In this document: in pieces, positions 10,579 through 20,541 of the stretch
Layout: each line of letters opens with the position of its first letter
Position numbering within the stretch: position 1 is the first letter of the stretch
DNA from: a virus
Virus record (IMG/VR): IMGVR_UViG_3300006810_000040
Span: 4,352-68,351 of that record
Length of the DNA stretch: 64,000 bases
Strand: one strand, 5' to 3'
The notes under the pieces: model-generated
Seen by the model: the letters and a program-made list of their open reading frames with translations, nothing else
The model's database searches: none
Told to the model about the DNA's origin: nothing
Translations under genes and position numbers: made by a program

Positions 10579-12120
10579 ATGACCGCGCACATCAACTACC
10601 TCGAGCAGCTCGACCTGCTGGAGAAGGCCGTCGCCACCGACACGATCACCGCCATCGTCCCCGAGGACCTGGAGATCGAGGCCCACAACACCCTGTGGAA
10701 CGAGTCCGAGCCCGGCGAGCTCACCCTGCTCAAGTACCTGCCCAGCGTCAACGCCACGCAGGTGAACCACGAGTACACCCGGATCACCGGCTTCGGTCGT
10801 GGCCACAAGCGCCGCAGCTACGGGTTCTTCGGCGAGAAGAGCCTCCCGCCCGAGAGCAACTTCAAGAGCCAGCGCGTCGTCAACGTCATCCGCCTGATGG
10901 GCGAGATCGGCCCGACGTTCCTGCTGGCCGCCTTGGAGAAGACCCAGCGGGCCCTTGGGACCACGGGCGCGGCCAACATCGAGGCCGTCGGTCTGCAGCG
11001 CGCCGTGCTGTGGCAGAAGAACCGCGCGCTCTACATGAGCGACACCCGCGACACGAACAGCGAGCTCCGGTACAAGGGCCTGTACCAGCTGATCGAGGAG
11101 GGCACCGACTCCACCGCCTCCGGTTTCTCCGGCGTCGGCGGCAAGGGCTCTCCCTTCGGCAGCCACATCATCGACATGCGGGGCGAGCCCCTGACCGTGG
11201 ACACCGTCCGCGAGCGCATGGCTGAGAGCGCCATCCTGTTCGGGCAGATCAACTGCCTGTTCATGGACCCGCTGGTGCGCGCCGACTTCGAAGGCTCCAT
11301 GGACAGCGCCCAGCGCCTGCCCCTGGCCATCCAGGCCCGCCCGTACATGCTCGGCCAGAACATCGGCGGCATCCAGACCAACGGCGGAACGGTCTACTTT
11401 GAGTCCGACAACACCCTGAGCGGCATCTACAGCCGCCCGCAGTACCAGGACGAGCGCGAGTCCGGTGGCCCCTCCACCCGGCCCACGGTCGCCGCGAGCG
11501 CGGTGGCCGGTGGCACCAGCGGCAACACCAGCCTCTGGAACAGCTCCTACGCGGGTGACGTGTACTACCAGGTCACCGAGGTGAAGGACGACCTGGAGAG
11601 CAAGGGCCAGCGCGCGCCGGCGACGGCCTCGACCTACCTGACGGTGGCGAGCGGCCAGGAGGTCCAGCTCGACATCACCCCCGGCGACCCCACGGTGGAC
11701 AGCTTCCGGGTGTACCGCGGCACCGACTCCGACGCCTCGGACGAAGACGCCTGGTTCATCTACGAGGTGGCCAACGACGGCGGAGGCTCCACGGTCACCA
11801 GCTACGACTGGAACAAGTGGATCCCCAACACCACCTGGGCCTTCGGCCTGCGGGTCTTGAGCGCCAGCCAGCGCTCGCTGCAGAACGGCCAGGTCAACGC
11901 CTACTGGGCCGCGAAGGACAAGAGCGCCAGCTTCCTGCGCGCCGGTGAGAAGAAGGGCAACACCGTGGCCGTGGCCGAACTCGGTCCGAGCATGGGCATC
12001 ATGGAGCTGGCCTCTGTGCTGGCCGAGGTGCGCCGCCCGCTGGTCTACAGCGCTCACTGCCCCCAGATCCGCAACCCCTGGCAGAACTTCTGCTTCACCA
12101 ACGTGGGTCGCGCGGACTGA
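10579..12120 (+). CDS. Major capsid protein (Herelleviridae-like type, with inserted beta-rich domain)
   Basis: N-terminal LLEKA then AIVPEDLE; VNHEYTRI, YKGLYQLI, IIDMRGEPLT and terminal NVGR motifs; strong codon bias; Ser/Thr-rich insert with YYQVT...FRVYRG. Confidence 0.85.
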   Translation: MTAHINYLEQLDLLEKAVATDTITAIVPEDLEIEAHNTLWNESEPGELTLLKYLPSVNATQVNHEYTRITGFGRGHKRRSYGFFGEKSLPPESNFKSQRVVNVIRLMGEIGPTFLLAALEKTQRALGTTGAANIEAVGLQRAVLWQKNRALYMSDTRDTNSELRYKGLYQLIEEGTDSTASGFSGVGGKGSPFGSHIIDMRGEPLTVDTVRERMAESAILFGQINCLFMDPLVRADFEGSMDSAQRLPLAIQARPYMLGQNIGGIQTNGGTVYFESDNTLSGIYSRPQYQDERESGGPSTRPTVAASAVAGGTSGNTSLWNSSYAGDVYYQVTEVKDDLESKGQRAPATASTYLTVASGQEVQLDITPGDPTVDSFRVYRGTDSDASDEDAWFIYEVANDGGGSTVTSYDWNKWIPNTTWAFGLRVLSASQRSLQNGQVNAYWAAKDKSASFLRAGEKKGNTVAVAELGPSMGIMELASVLAEVRRPLVYSAHCPQIRNPWQNFCFTNVGRAD

Positions 12121-12123
12121 TAG

Positions 12124-12178
12124 GACGGGAGGGGTAGCACCGGGGCACTTGTCCTGGGGCTACCCTTTCCCCCCCGTC
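12124..12178 (+). terminator. Long imperfect stem-loop after the capsid gene (terminator or processing site)
   Basis: gacggg-aggggtagc...gctacccttt-cccccgtc pairing. Confidence 0.45.
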
Positions 12179-12201
12179 AGACCTGCAGCCGGAGCACCGC
12201 C

Positions 12202-13170
12202 GTGATCATCACTCGACCCAACCCCCGCGGACGCGCGAGCGCCACCAGCATCATGCTGGGCGTCAGCGTCCTGTTCACCAGCACCCTGCTGGCCAACGGA
12301 GAGCGGACCCTGGTGGCCCACGTCCCCGACGAGCCCGAGGACAAGGCGAAGCGCGTTCGGTATCAGGCCGAGAAGATGGACTACCTCACGGTGTACTCCG
12401 ACGAGGAGTGGGCGGCCTCTGGGCTGACCGAGGAGCCGCCTCTCTTCGTCGCCAACCCCCCCGCTGGCCCCCGGGCCGACAACATGCCCCCAGCCGCCAC
12501 CGCCGACGAAGGGGCGATCGACATGCTGCGCCGCCAGGCCGTGATGCAGGGCTGGACCGCCGAGGACCTGGCCAGCTGGCCGACCAGCACCGCCGAGTTC
12601 AACGCCGAGTTCACCGCCGCTGGCTACTCCGACGAGTCCCAGATGCTGCTCAACACCCGCGGCGAGCGCACCGGCCTTCTCCTGGCAGAGATGGCCATGA
12701 CCCAGCCCCCCGAGCTGTGGGCTGAGAACGCCGCGCACAGCTACCCCTGGGACGACTCCGACTGGAAGCGCCCTGGCGTCGGTGCGGCCTGGAAGACCCC
12801 CATGGTCCCGCCCAAGGCGCAGCCCGACGACGACGACACGAAGCTCGACCCCGACCCGACCCCGCCCGAACCGGGAACGATCGACGCCCCCAAGGCCGCG
12901 GGCACCATCACGGAGCTCGACCCCGACGACCCGAACGCATCGGGCGGCCTGGACGACCCGGGCGGCGTGGACACCGCGCTGCTGGTCGAGCACTGGGGCG
13001 ACGACCTGGACGGCGTGGTCGAAGTGTTCAACGCCCACCGCACCGAGGGCGGGGATCCGCCGTCGATGTCGAAGCTCAACTACTGGCTGCCGAAGTCCGA
13101 CCTGCCGCGCGCCCGCAAGGCCACATTCCCGGCGCTGGTCGCCTACGTGGCCTCTCTCCCCGTTCCCTGA
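12202..13170 (+). CDS. Hypothetical acidic, Pro-rich protein
   Basis: Good codon usage; lies in the structural operon. Confidence 0.65.
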   Translation: MIITRPNPRGRASATSIMLGVSVLFTSTLLANGERTLVAHVPDEPEDKAKRVRYQAEKMDYLTVYSDEEWAASGLTEEPPLFVANPPAGPRADNMPPAATADEGAIDMLRRQAVMQGWTAEDLASWPTSTAEFNAEFTAAGYSDESQMLLNTRGERTGLLLAEMAMTQPPELWAENAAHSYPWDDSDWKRPGVGAAWKTPMVPPKAQPDDDDTKLDPDPTPPEPGTIDAPKAAGTITELDPDDPNASGGLDDPGGVDTALLVEHWGDDLDGVVEVFNAHRTEGGDPPSMSKLNYWLPKSDLPRARKATFPALVAYVASLPVP

Positions 13171-13195
13171 CCCCACCCACTGGAGGCCCTGACTC

Positions 13196-13705
13196 ATGGC
13201 CGAACTGAACAACTCCGCTGCCATCGGCAACTTCCTCGTCCTCCCCGGCTACGACGACCTCGACAACGGCGACGAGGGCCGCGCCAGCAAGCTGTCCCGC
13301 TACGACAAGGTCGGTCCCGCCGTGGGCCATGACCGGATGCACGTCTACCCGGCGTCCTTCTACCAGATCGACATCTACATTTCCGCGCCGGTGGCCTCGA
13401 CCACTGCGGACAGCTGCCGGCAGAAGGCTCCCTGGCCTCTCAAGGTGTGGGCTGCCGATCTGGGCTGCGAGTCCTCGGGCGGCTCCGCGGCCACCGTGGA
13501 CCTCTACACCGACGACGGCACGACCGACGCCAGCATCCTGGACGCCGCGGAGGACGTTCACACCGCAGCCGGCGAGGCCGCGCGCGTGGCTCCCGAGGAC
13601 GGCAGCGAGGACGTGGAGTACGACTCCGACATCTACATCAAGTGCGTGGCGACGGGTGGCACCGTCGAGGGGGCCCAGGCCCACCTGTACGTGCAGCGCC
13701 GCTGA
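13196..13705 (+). CDS. Putative virion structural/decoration protein
   Basis: GGAGG SD; beta-rich acidic protein between capsid and neck genes. Confidence 0.6.
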   Translation: MAELNNSAAIGNFLVLPGYDDLDNGDEGRASKLSRYDKVGPAVGHDRMHVYPASFYQIDIYISAPVASTTADSCRQKAPWPLKVWAADLGCESSGGSAATVDLYTDDGTTDASILDAAEDVHTAAGEAARVAPEDGSEDVEYDSDIYIKCVATGGTVEGAQAHLYVQRR

Positions 13706-13776
13706 GCGGGACCACCAACCGTTAGGCTGGGAGCGTCCGGGGGCAACCTCGGGCGCTCCTGCTGTATGGAGAGCCG

Positions 13777-14697
13777 ATGCCTGGAACGACCTACCGCGAC
13801 CTCGGGCTCAGCGTCCCCGTCACCGAGGCCGTGGATCCGAAGCTGTGGCGCGAGCGCTACGCCTGGGGGCTCCCTGTCGGCAAGGACCCGCACGACCCCA
13901 GCGACCCCTGCCGCAAGAAGCTCAAGGTGCTGTCTGGCTCCCTGCCCGACAAGGTCATCGGCTGGCACCTGCGCGCGGCGCTGAGCGAGCTCGAGGGCAA
14001 GCTGGGGCTGCCCCTGGCGTGCGAGCGCGTCCTGATGCCGGAGATCGACACGGGCGAAGTCAAGGGCGTGACCTACGACCGGGTCATGACTCGGATGCCC
14101 TTCACCCGCGACCAACCCCAGAACTGGTTTCGCATCGACCTTCCCCCGGGCGTGATCAGCATCGAGCGCGTGCGCTTCTACTTCTACGGCGCGCTGGCCT
14201 GGGAGCTGAGCGAGGCCCAGAACAACATCGACCAGGTCAAGCTGGAGTGGGGCCGGCAGGGGATCGCCCACATCCTGCCGCTGAGCTTCCAGCACTGGAT
14301 CGTGACCCAGGGCGGGGCCTTCTACTCCAACGTCTGGCACACCATCAACTACCACCGGACGCCGCTGCCCGATGCGTGGGCCGTGGACTTCACGCGCGGC
14401 CCGGTGTCCCGCCATGGGGGCGAGGCCGGCAAGCTCGAGGCCGTCCTGGTGGCCTGGTGCTACGCCCGCGCCGGCAAGACCCTGCTGAGCATGAGCGGCC
14501 TGGCGCAGTCCCAAGGGCTCACCAGCACGTCCATCAGTCTGGACGGCGTCAGCCGGTCGCTGTCCCTGCAGGCGTCCGCCATCTACGGGCTGAACAGCGC
14601 CCTGGAGAAGGCGCTCGAGGACAGCAACAAGTCCATCAACTGGAAGCAGATGCGGGCCTGGAAGCGCGGCATCCGGGTCAAGCCCTACGGGCACTGA
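13777..14697 (+). CDS. Head-tail adaptor (neck) protein
   Basis: AALSELEGKLG and STSISLDGVSRS motifs typical of adaptors; position in operon. Confidence 0.7.
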   Translation: MPGTTYRDLGLSVPVTEAVDPKLWRERYAWGLPVGKDPHDPSDPCRKKLKVLSGSLPDKVIGWHLRAALSELEGKLGLPLACERVLMPEIDTGEVKGVTYDRVMTRMPFTRDQPQNWFRIDLPPGVISIERVRFYFYGALAWELSEAQNNIDQVKLEWGRQGIAHILPLSFQHWIVTQGGAFYSNVWHTINYHRTPLPDAWAVDFTRGPVSRHGGEAGKLEAVLVAWCYARAGKTLLSMSGLAQSQGLTSTSISLDGVSRSLSLQASAIYGLNSALEKALEDSNKSINWKQMRAWKRGIRVKPYGH

Positions 14698-14705
14698 GGC
14701 ACAGC

Positions 14706-15494
14706 ATGGCCAAGAACCTGAGCATCGAGATCTCGCTGGGCAACTTCGCGCGGCTCCCGCTGGATCCTGAGCTCTACGACGAGCTGATCGAGACCGAGGG
14801 GATCGAGGTCACCGTGCGCCGGGCCGTCCCCTGCCCCTGCGTCTGCATCGAGACCCTGCGCAGCCGCGTGCGGTGCCCCCACTGCAACGGCCTGCGCTGG
14901 ACGTACCCGCGCGAACTCGAGCTCGAGCTGGTGGCCCTGGTGCTCAACCGCAGCCCCAAGCGGGTCCTGCAGGCCCCCGGCGAGATCGTGACCGGGACGG
15001 TCACCTGCACCTTCACCCGCGAGTACATCCCGGGCGCGGGCGACCTGGTGCTGCCCCAGAGAGAGCGGCACGTCGTCACGCAGACGCTGATCCACAAGGA
15101 GAACCAGCACCGCCTGGCCGCCCTACGCCAGCAGGAGCGCGCGCGCGCCGTCCCCCAGGAGCTACTGCCCAAGCCCGACGTGCCCGGCGACCGCCTGCTC
15201 TACAGCAACCCGCTCAGCATCGACTACGTCGCGTTCATCGACGGCGGCCGTCTGGTGTTGGGCAGGGACGGTGTCCACTGGCGTCTGGTGGACGGCTGTC
15301 TGGAGTGGACCGACCTGGCCGGGCTGCAGCCGGGAGACGCCTACAGCGTTCGCTACACCGCGCCCGCGGCGTACATGCTCAACCCCGGCGAACCGGTCGC
15401 CCGCGCTGGCGTGGATGGCTTCCTGCCGTACCGGTGCCAAGGGATGCGCCTGGACCGCTGGAGCAGCGTGGACCTGCTCGACAACCGGACGTGA
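14706..15494 (+). CDS. Head closure/neck protein
   Basis: RRAVPCPC...CPHCNG motif and YSVRY, as in SPO1/K-like neck proteins; ATG at 14706. Confidence 0.7.
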   Translation: MAKNLSIEISLGNFARLPLDPELYDELIETEGIEVTVRRAVPCPCVCIETLRSRVRCPHCNGLRWTYPRELELELVALVLNRSPKRVLQAPGEIVTGTVTCTFTREYIPGAGDLVLPQRERHVVTQTLIHKENQHRLAALRQQERARAVPQELLPKPDVPGDRLLYSNPLSIDYVAFIDGGRLVLGRDGVHWRLVDGCLEWTDLAGLQPGDAYSVRYTAPAAYMLNPGEPVARAGVDGFLPYRCQGMRLDRWSSVDLLDNRT

Positions 15495-15495
15495 A

Positions 15496-15656
15496 ACCGC
15501 CAGCTCACCGCCAGGGGACCGCCAGCTCACCGCCAGCCCACCGCCAGGAGACGCCAGTGGGTCCACCGCGATTTCAACGCCATACGCCACGGGACCGACA
15601 GGGGACCGCCAGGGGACCGACAGGGGACCGCCAGGCCGCCGCCAGTCCGCCGCCAG
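15496..15656 (+). repeat. Phased box array C: 6 x RCCGMCAG-like boxes, 36-bp core, 6 boxes
   Basis: Boxes start at 15496, 15507, 15518, 15529, 15540, 15550 and 15594, 15605, 15616, 15627, 15638, 15649 (about 11-bp period); intergenic. Confidence 0.9.
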
Positions 15657-15666
15657 TGGAGGTCTG

Positions 15667-16629
15667 ATGCTGCTGCCCGCGCTGATCCAGATCCGCATGG
15701 ACATCGACGGCGTGCCAGGCGAAGCCGAGAGCATGGACGGCTTCGAAGCCGCGCTGGAGACCGGTGCGTTCTACGGGGCCCAGTACATCCAGAGCGTGTG
15801 GATCGCCCTGACCCAGGCCGACGGCGTCACCGACACGGGCGAGTACCTGCGCCACCTGCGCGCGGAGGGGGCCATCCGGCGCGTGCGCCAGTCGGGCTTT
15901 CAGGGCGGCGAGGACGGCAACGACCGCTACGAGCTGGTGTTCGACATCAGCTGTGACGCTCCGCACGCGGCCATCGTGGAGTACGGCCACGGGGGCTTTC
16001 ACCTGCCCGACCGGATCCAGTGGGGCGCGACCCCCAAGGTCAAGTTCACCGAGGACGGCCGCCCCTACATCAACATCCCGTTCCGGCACTACACGCCCGC
16101 CCAGGCCGGCGCGGGGTCCACCAACACGGCCAAGCGCCAGATGATGCCGATCCACATCCACAAAGAGGCCAAGCGCCTGGCCTTGCGGATCCGCCAGAAC
16201 GCGGGCCACCAGTGGCACGGCAAGCCCGTGAAGAAAGGCCGCTACCGCGGCCGGAAGCGGCTGCGGGCCGTGGACAAGTACAGCTGGCAGGGCAGCAGCC
16301 CCTTGCGCCTGGACCGGTCTGACCCGCGGCGCTGGGTCCAGGGCGAGCACTCCGGCCCCCGGAGCAGCCTGTCCAACCCGCCGAAAGAGCAGCCTGGTTG
16401 GACCACGTCCAAGTACGACGGCATGTTCAAGACCGGCCCCAAGGGGCATGAATCGTACATGACCATCCGCACCATCACGCCCGACAGCGAGGGCTGGAAT
16501 ATCCCCGCCCAGCAGGGACGCTTCCTGGCCCAGAAGACGGTCGAGCGGATCCAGCGTCAGATGCACTACTTCGAAGAGGTGGTGCTCGCGGGCATCATGG
16601 AATCCCTCACCGGCGAGGTCCCCGAATGA
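15667..16629 (+). CDS. Neck/tail completion protein
   Basis: GGAGG SD before ATG 15667; APHAAIVEYG, YINIPFRH, YMTIRTI and WNIPA motifs. Confidence 0.7.
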   Translation: MLLPALIQIRMDIDGVPGEAESMDGFEAALETGAFYGAQYIQSVWIALTQADGVTDTGEYLRHLRAEGAIRRVRQSGFQGGEDGNDRYELVFDISCDAPHAAIVEYGHGGFHLPDRIQWGATPKVKFTEDGRPYINIPFRHYTPAQAGAGSTNTAKRQMMPIHIHKEAKRLALRIRQNAGHQWHGKPVKKGRYRGRKRLRAVDKYSWQGSSPLRLDRSDPRRWVQGEHSGPRSSLSNPPKEQPGWTTSKYDGMFKTGPKGHESYMTIRTITPDSEGWNIPAQQGRFLAQKTVERIQRQMHYFEEVVLAGIMESLTGEVPE

Positions 16630-17372
16630 GCACGCCCACAGGCCCCATCGGGGCTGGACACAACCTCAGCCCCGTCTTTCTGCTGCGTCAGCGGCTCATG
16701 GAGGAGCTGCTGGTGCTTGCCGGCGACGAACCCAGGCTCGATGAGCTGTTCGCGCGCAGCGACAACCTGCTGCAGGGGAGCCAGGACGCCCGGCCGAAGT
16801 CCCACCGCGTGAGCTACGTGGACGAGCTCAAGACCCACCTGAAGATCCTGGTCCAGGCCGGCGACGTGCCCGTGCGCCTGTCCCACCCGCAGGCCGACGC
16901 CAGGCTGCCCTGGATCTCGGTCATGCCCGAGCGTGGTGGCGAGGACCCTGGTGGGGCCGTCGCTGGCCAGCTGCTGGATCAGAAGCTCGAGGCCATCGGC
17001 CCGCTGCCCACGTCCGAGGAGTACATCGAGACGGGTGGCCAGGTGGCCCGTCGGCTGATCCGGCACCGCATCGAGGGCACGGAGTGGAATACGACCGTGT
17101 CGGTGGGCTGCTGGGCCACCAGCGGCGAAGAGGCTGAGCTGCTGGCGTCGGTGGTGCGCCACCTGGTCTTTCGCGTCCAGGGCCAGCTCGCGGACGCTGG
17201 CGTCTACGACATCGCCCTGAGCGAGTCGGGCTTTGAGCCAGACACCCGGATGCACCCCCGCACGATGTGGGTGCCCACGGTGCAGTGTCGGATCCGCTGG
17301 CAGTTCAAGCAGACACGCCGGCAGCGAGTCCCCTACGCGATCACGGTGGGTGCGGGGTCGTTCTCCAACTGA
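16626..17372 (+). CDS. Tail terminator-like protein
   Basis: Position just before the sheath; LPWISV motif; coupled start. Confidence 0.6.
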   Translation: MSTPTGPIGAGHNLSPVFLLRQRLMEELLVLAGDEPRLDELFARSDNLLQGSQDARPKSHRVSYVDELKTHLKILVQAGDVPVRLSHPQADARLPWISVMPERGGEDPGGAVAGQLLDQKLEAIGPLPTSEEYIETGGQVARRLIRHRIEGTEWNTTVSVGCWATSGEEAELLASVVRHLVFRVQGQLADAGVYDIALSESGFEPDTRMHPRTMWVPTVQCRIRWQFKQTRRQRVPYAITVGAGSFSN

Positions 17373-17430
17373 CGGGCTATGCTCACCCAATGCACGGGGC
17401 GTCGGCCCGCGAACCCAACGAGGTCCCCCC

Positions 17431-17685
17431 ATGCACGCGTCCACCTACTTCAGCCGCCTGCCTGCCCCCAAGGGCAAGCGTGCCGAGCGCACCCGCCGCT
17501 CTGCCGTGCGGTCTGTGCAGGCCGTCGAGGCCATCCACAGCAAGCGCCTCGACCTGCGCAAGGCTGAGTGGCCCGCGCTGCTCGACCGCCTGGCCGGGTT
17601 CAACGAGTCGGACTGGGCCGCGCTCAAGCGCAAGGGGTTCGACTACCTCCTCCCCCTCGTCCCGCCGCCTGAGCCGGAGTCCTGA
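17431..17685 (+). CDS. Small hypothetical protein
   Basis: GAGGT SD; stop overlaps the sheath start. Confidence 0.55.
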   Translation: MHASTYFSRLPAPKGKRAERTRRSAVRSVQAVEAIHSKRLDLRKAEWPALLDRLAGFNESDWAALKRKGFDYLLPLVPPPEPES

Positions 17686-19442
17686 TGCCTGCGTTCACCG
17701 CCCCTGATGGGACCACCAAGTACGTCCCCCGCGTCTACAGCACCTTCGAAGTCATCGACCTGCTGCCCGGCGCGGTCCCCGCCTTTCACGTCCCCGTGCT
17801 TGTGGGCGATGCCGAGCGCGGCATCCCGTACAACTTCAACGACCTGAAGGAGAACCACGAACCCAACCGGCTGCCCCTGCAGCTGGCCAACACGTCCAGC
17901 CGCGTGGGCGACCTGTACGGCTACGACAGCGAGCTCTACGAGGCGATGCGCGTGGCCAAGCGGCACGGCCTGCCCACCACCTACGTCGTGGTCATCAACG
18001 CGCTGACACGCGCCAGCGTGATCGCTGAGAGCGGCACCGGCGCGGTGCAGGAGGCCAAGGTCTTCGCCCGCAGCTTCGGCACCGAGGGCGGCTGGCACAA
18101 GGTCTCTCTGGCCACCAACGTGCTCACCATCACGCCGACCAAGCACTTCACCCACATCACGGCCAACGTCGGGGCCTCCGACACCCGGATCACCGTGAAG
18201 GACAACAGCTGGTGCAGCGTCGGCCTGGCCGTCGAGGTGGGCGACAACGCCAACGCCAACGTGCCCCTCACCATCGTGGACTGGGGCACGGAGATCGACA
18301 GCAACAACCAGGAAACCTACTGGGTGGAGCTCAGCTCCGCGCCTGGCGCGCTGACCACCGCGCAGTACGCGGCGCTGGCGGCCTACGACAGCACGGCCCA
18401 GGAGGTCAGCCCGACCGCCAGCACCGGCCAGGACCTGGTGGACTGGCTGCGCGACACCAGCCAGATCCTGGACGTGGCGAAGGAAGGCACCTTCAGCGAC
18501 GTGCTTTGGGATCCCATCGTCGGGGCGGCCCTGAAGGACCTGTCGGCCCTCACCCCAGTGGGGGGCACCAGCCCCGCCGGTACGGTCACCGAGCACGACG
18601 ACTTCATCGGCGACCTGGACGCGTCCGTGTGGGACGACTTCGTCATGGACCAGGAGCAGGTCCCGCGGGCGTTCCACGTCGTGAGCTCCAGCAGCAGCAT
18701 CCACAGCAGCTGGCGCGACTGGGCCATCAGCAAGCGCACCGAGGGCTACCCCATCTACGTGGTTGCCGGCGCGGCCTGGGGCGACGTGGTCCTGGACGCT
18801 GGCGACGACACCGATCCCAAGTTCCGAACGGGCAACCTGGACAGCCAGGACTTCGCGCTGGTCGTGGGCGGCTGGAACCGCGTAGGGGCCTACAAGAGCA
18901 CCGCGACCGCGGTGTGGGCCATGCGCGTCGCTGGTGGCGTGGTCCACAACCTCACCAACGACCCGTTCCGCCTCGAGGGCGAGCCCGAGGTCAAGTGGGA
19001 CGAGCGCAACAGCGGAGAGCTCACCGCGCTGCTGCGCGCCGGCTGCGTGACCTACAAGGCCGTCATCAGCAACGACGTGTTCTGGGGTGTGTCGCAGGGC
19101 CTGAGCACCCTGCAGCAGAACAGCAAGAGCTGGAACGCCGACACCAAGACCACCCCGCTGACCATGCAGCGCGACATCGCCGACGCCGTGGACGCCTACA
19201 TGCGGACGGGCCTCGAGGTGTCCGCCATCGGGGCCGACGAGGTCAGCACCCTGACCGTGGGCGCAGAGCTTTCCACCCGCGGGGACCACATGGAGTTCAT
19301 CGGTTGGGTTCAGCCTGGCAGCTTCGCTGTCACCGCCAACGGCCTGGATGCGTCAGGCAACGGCATCAACGCCAGCTACAGCGTGAAGCTGCCGCTGACC
19401 AACGACTTCATCGGTCTGACCGCTCAGATCGTCATCGGTTGA
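17685..19442 (+). CDS. Tail sheath protein
   Basis: YVPRVYS, VLVGDAERGIP, LLRAGCVT, QGLST and RDIADAV motifs; 585 aa; followed by a tube-sized gene. Confidence 0.85.
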   Translation: MPAFTAPDGTTKYVPRVYSTFEVIDLLPGAVPAFHVPVLVGDAERGIPYNFNDLKENHEPNRLPLQLANTSSRVGDLYGYDSELYEAMRVAKRHGLPTTYVVVINALTRASVIAESGTGAVQEAKVFARSFGTEGGWHKVSLATNVLTITPTKHFTHITANVGASDTRITVKDNSWCSVGLAVEVGDNANANVPLTIVDWGTEIDSNNQETYWVELSSAPGALTTAQYAALAAYDSTAQEVSPTASTGQDLVDWLRDTSQILDVAKEGTFSDVLWDPIVGAALKDLSALTPVGGTSPAGTVTEHDDFIGDLDASVWDDFVMDQEQVPRAFHVVSSSSSIHSSWRDWAISKRTEGYPIYVVAGAAWGDVVLDAGDDTDPKFRTGNLDSQDFALVVGGWNRVGAYKSTATAVWAMRVAGGVVHNLTNDPFRLEGEPEVKWDERNSGELTALLRAGCVTYKAVISNDVFWGVSQGLSTLQQNSKSWNADTKTTPLTMQRDIADAVDAYMRTGLEVSAIGADEVSTLTVGAELSTRGDHMEFIGWVQPGSFAVTANGLDASGNGINASYSVKLPLTNDFIGLTAQIVIG

Positions 19443-19452
19443 GGGATACACC

Positions 19453-19935
19453 ATGGGCTACACCGACTTCCAGGGCAGCGAGGTCTACCCGTCCAAGCGG
19501 GCGGGCGCTTCGGTCGAGATCCTGCTGTTCGACGAGGCAGACCTCACGTCCCCCATCATCGGGGCGGCGTCTGGCCTGAGCTACAGCGACGACTACGAAA
19601 AGCCCCCGGTGGAGGAGGCCGGCAACGAGCTGGTCACCGAGCACACCGACGGGCGGCACAGCGGCTCCGGCAGCATCAACGCATTCTGGAGCCCCCAGTA
19701 CAACGACGGGCTGCCCAGCCCCTCGGAGTTCATCGGCAAGCGGTACGTGATCGTCCAGCGCGTGGGCCCCAACTACCCGCAGGCCGGCACGGTGCTCAAC
19801 GCCTTCACCAAGGTGGCCATCAGCCGCGTGGGCGGCTCGCAGGGCGCGCGCGGGAACATGACCCAGGACGTGGGCTTCAGCTACAAGAAGCGCTGGACCG
19901 GGGCCGAGTGGGCAGCCCGCACCGGCACGCTCTGA
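19453..19935 (+). CDS. Tail tube protein
   Basis: 160 aa directly after the sheath; IGAASGLSYSDDY...VEEAG pattern. Confidence 0.8.
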   Translation: MGYTDFQGSEVYPSKRAGASVEILLFDEADLTSPIIGAASGLSYSDDYEKPPVEEAGNELVTEHTDGRHSGSGSINAFWSPQYNDGLPSPSEFIGKRYVIVQRVGPNYPQAGTVLNAFTKVAISRVGGSQGARGNMTQDVGFSYKKRWTGAEWAARTGTL

Positions 19936-19965
19936 TAGCGTCCCTGCACTACAGCGAGAGCCACC

Positions 19966-20541
19966 ATGCCGAGCAAGCCGACCGACCCGAAGGGTCGCCC
20001 CCTCACCGTGTTCAAGGTCCGCCTGGGCGAGTCCGCCGACGCCCAGCCCCAGTGGTTGGGCGTGGACTGCAAGCCCACCACCGACGAGGCCCAAGCCGTC
20101 GAGTTTCGGATCTACGAGCGCCCCACCATCGGTGAGAGCACCCGCGTGGAGTTCGAAGTCCACGAACTGGCGGGTGGCCTGCCTGCGTACCTGGACATCC
20201 AGGTGGGCAGCTCCCGCACCCGTGAGGCCGCGGTGCGCCAGCTCAAGGCCGACCTGGGCCTGCCCGAGCTCGACGCCGAGGACCGCGACGGGCTCGCGCA
20301 GCAGGCCAAGCTCCTCGAGGCCGCCTGGGAGCAGTGGGACCACGCCCTCAAGCGGATGACCGTCCAGCTGCAGAACCAGGTCGAACGCCTCTGGTTCCTC
20401 GGTCGCTGGAAGATCTGCGGCTACCAGCACCCGGAGGGCTGGGAGGACCTGGCCAACCACCCCAACGCCGAGCCCTTCTACGTGTCCATCCTGATGGCCT
20501 ACGGGCTGGCAAAGGCTGGGGCCGCGCCGGGAAAAGCGTAG
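19966..20541 (+). CDS. Tail assembly chaperone (G-like)
   Basis: Between tube and tape measure genes; ends in slippery GGGAAAA. Confidence 0.75.
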   Translation: MPSKPTDPKGRPLTVFKVRLGESADAQPQWLGVDCKPTTDEAQAVEFRIYERPTIGESTRVEFEVHELAGGLPAYLDIQVGSSRTREAAVRQLKADLGLPELDAEDRDGLAQQAKLLEAAWEQWDHALKRMTVQLQNQVERLWFLGRWKICGYQHPEGWEDLANHPNAEPFYVSILMAYGLAKAGAAPGKA

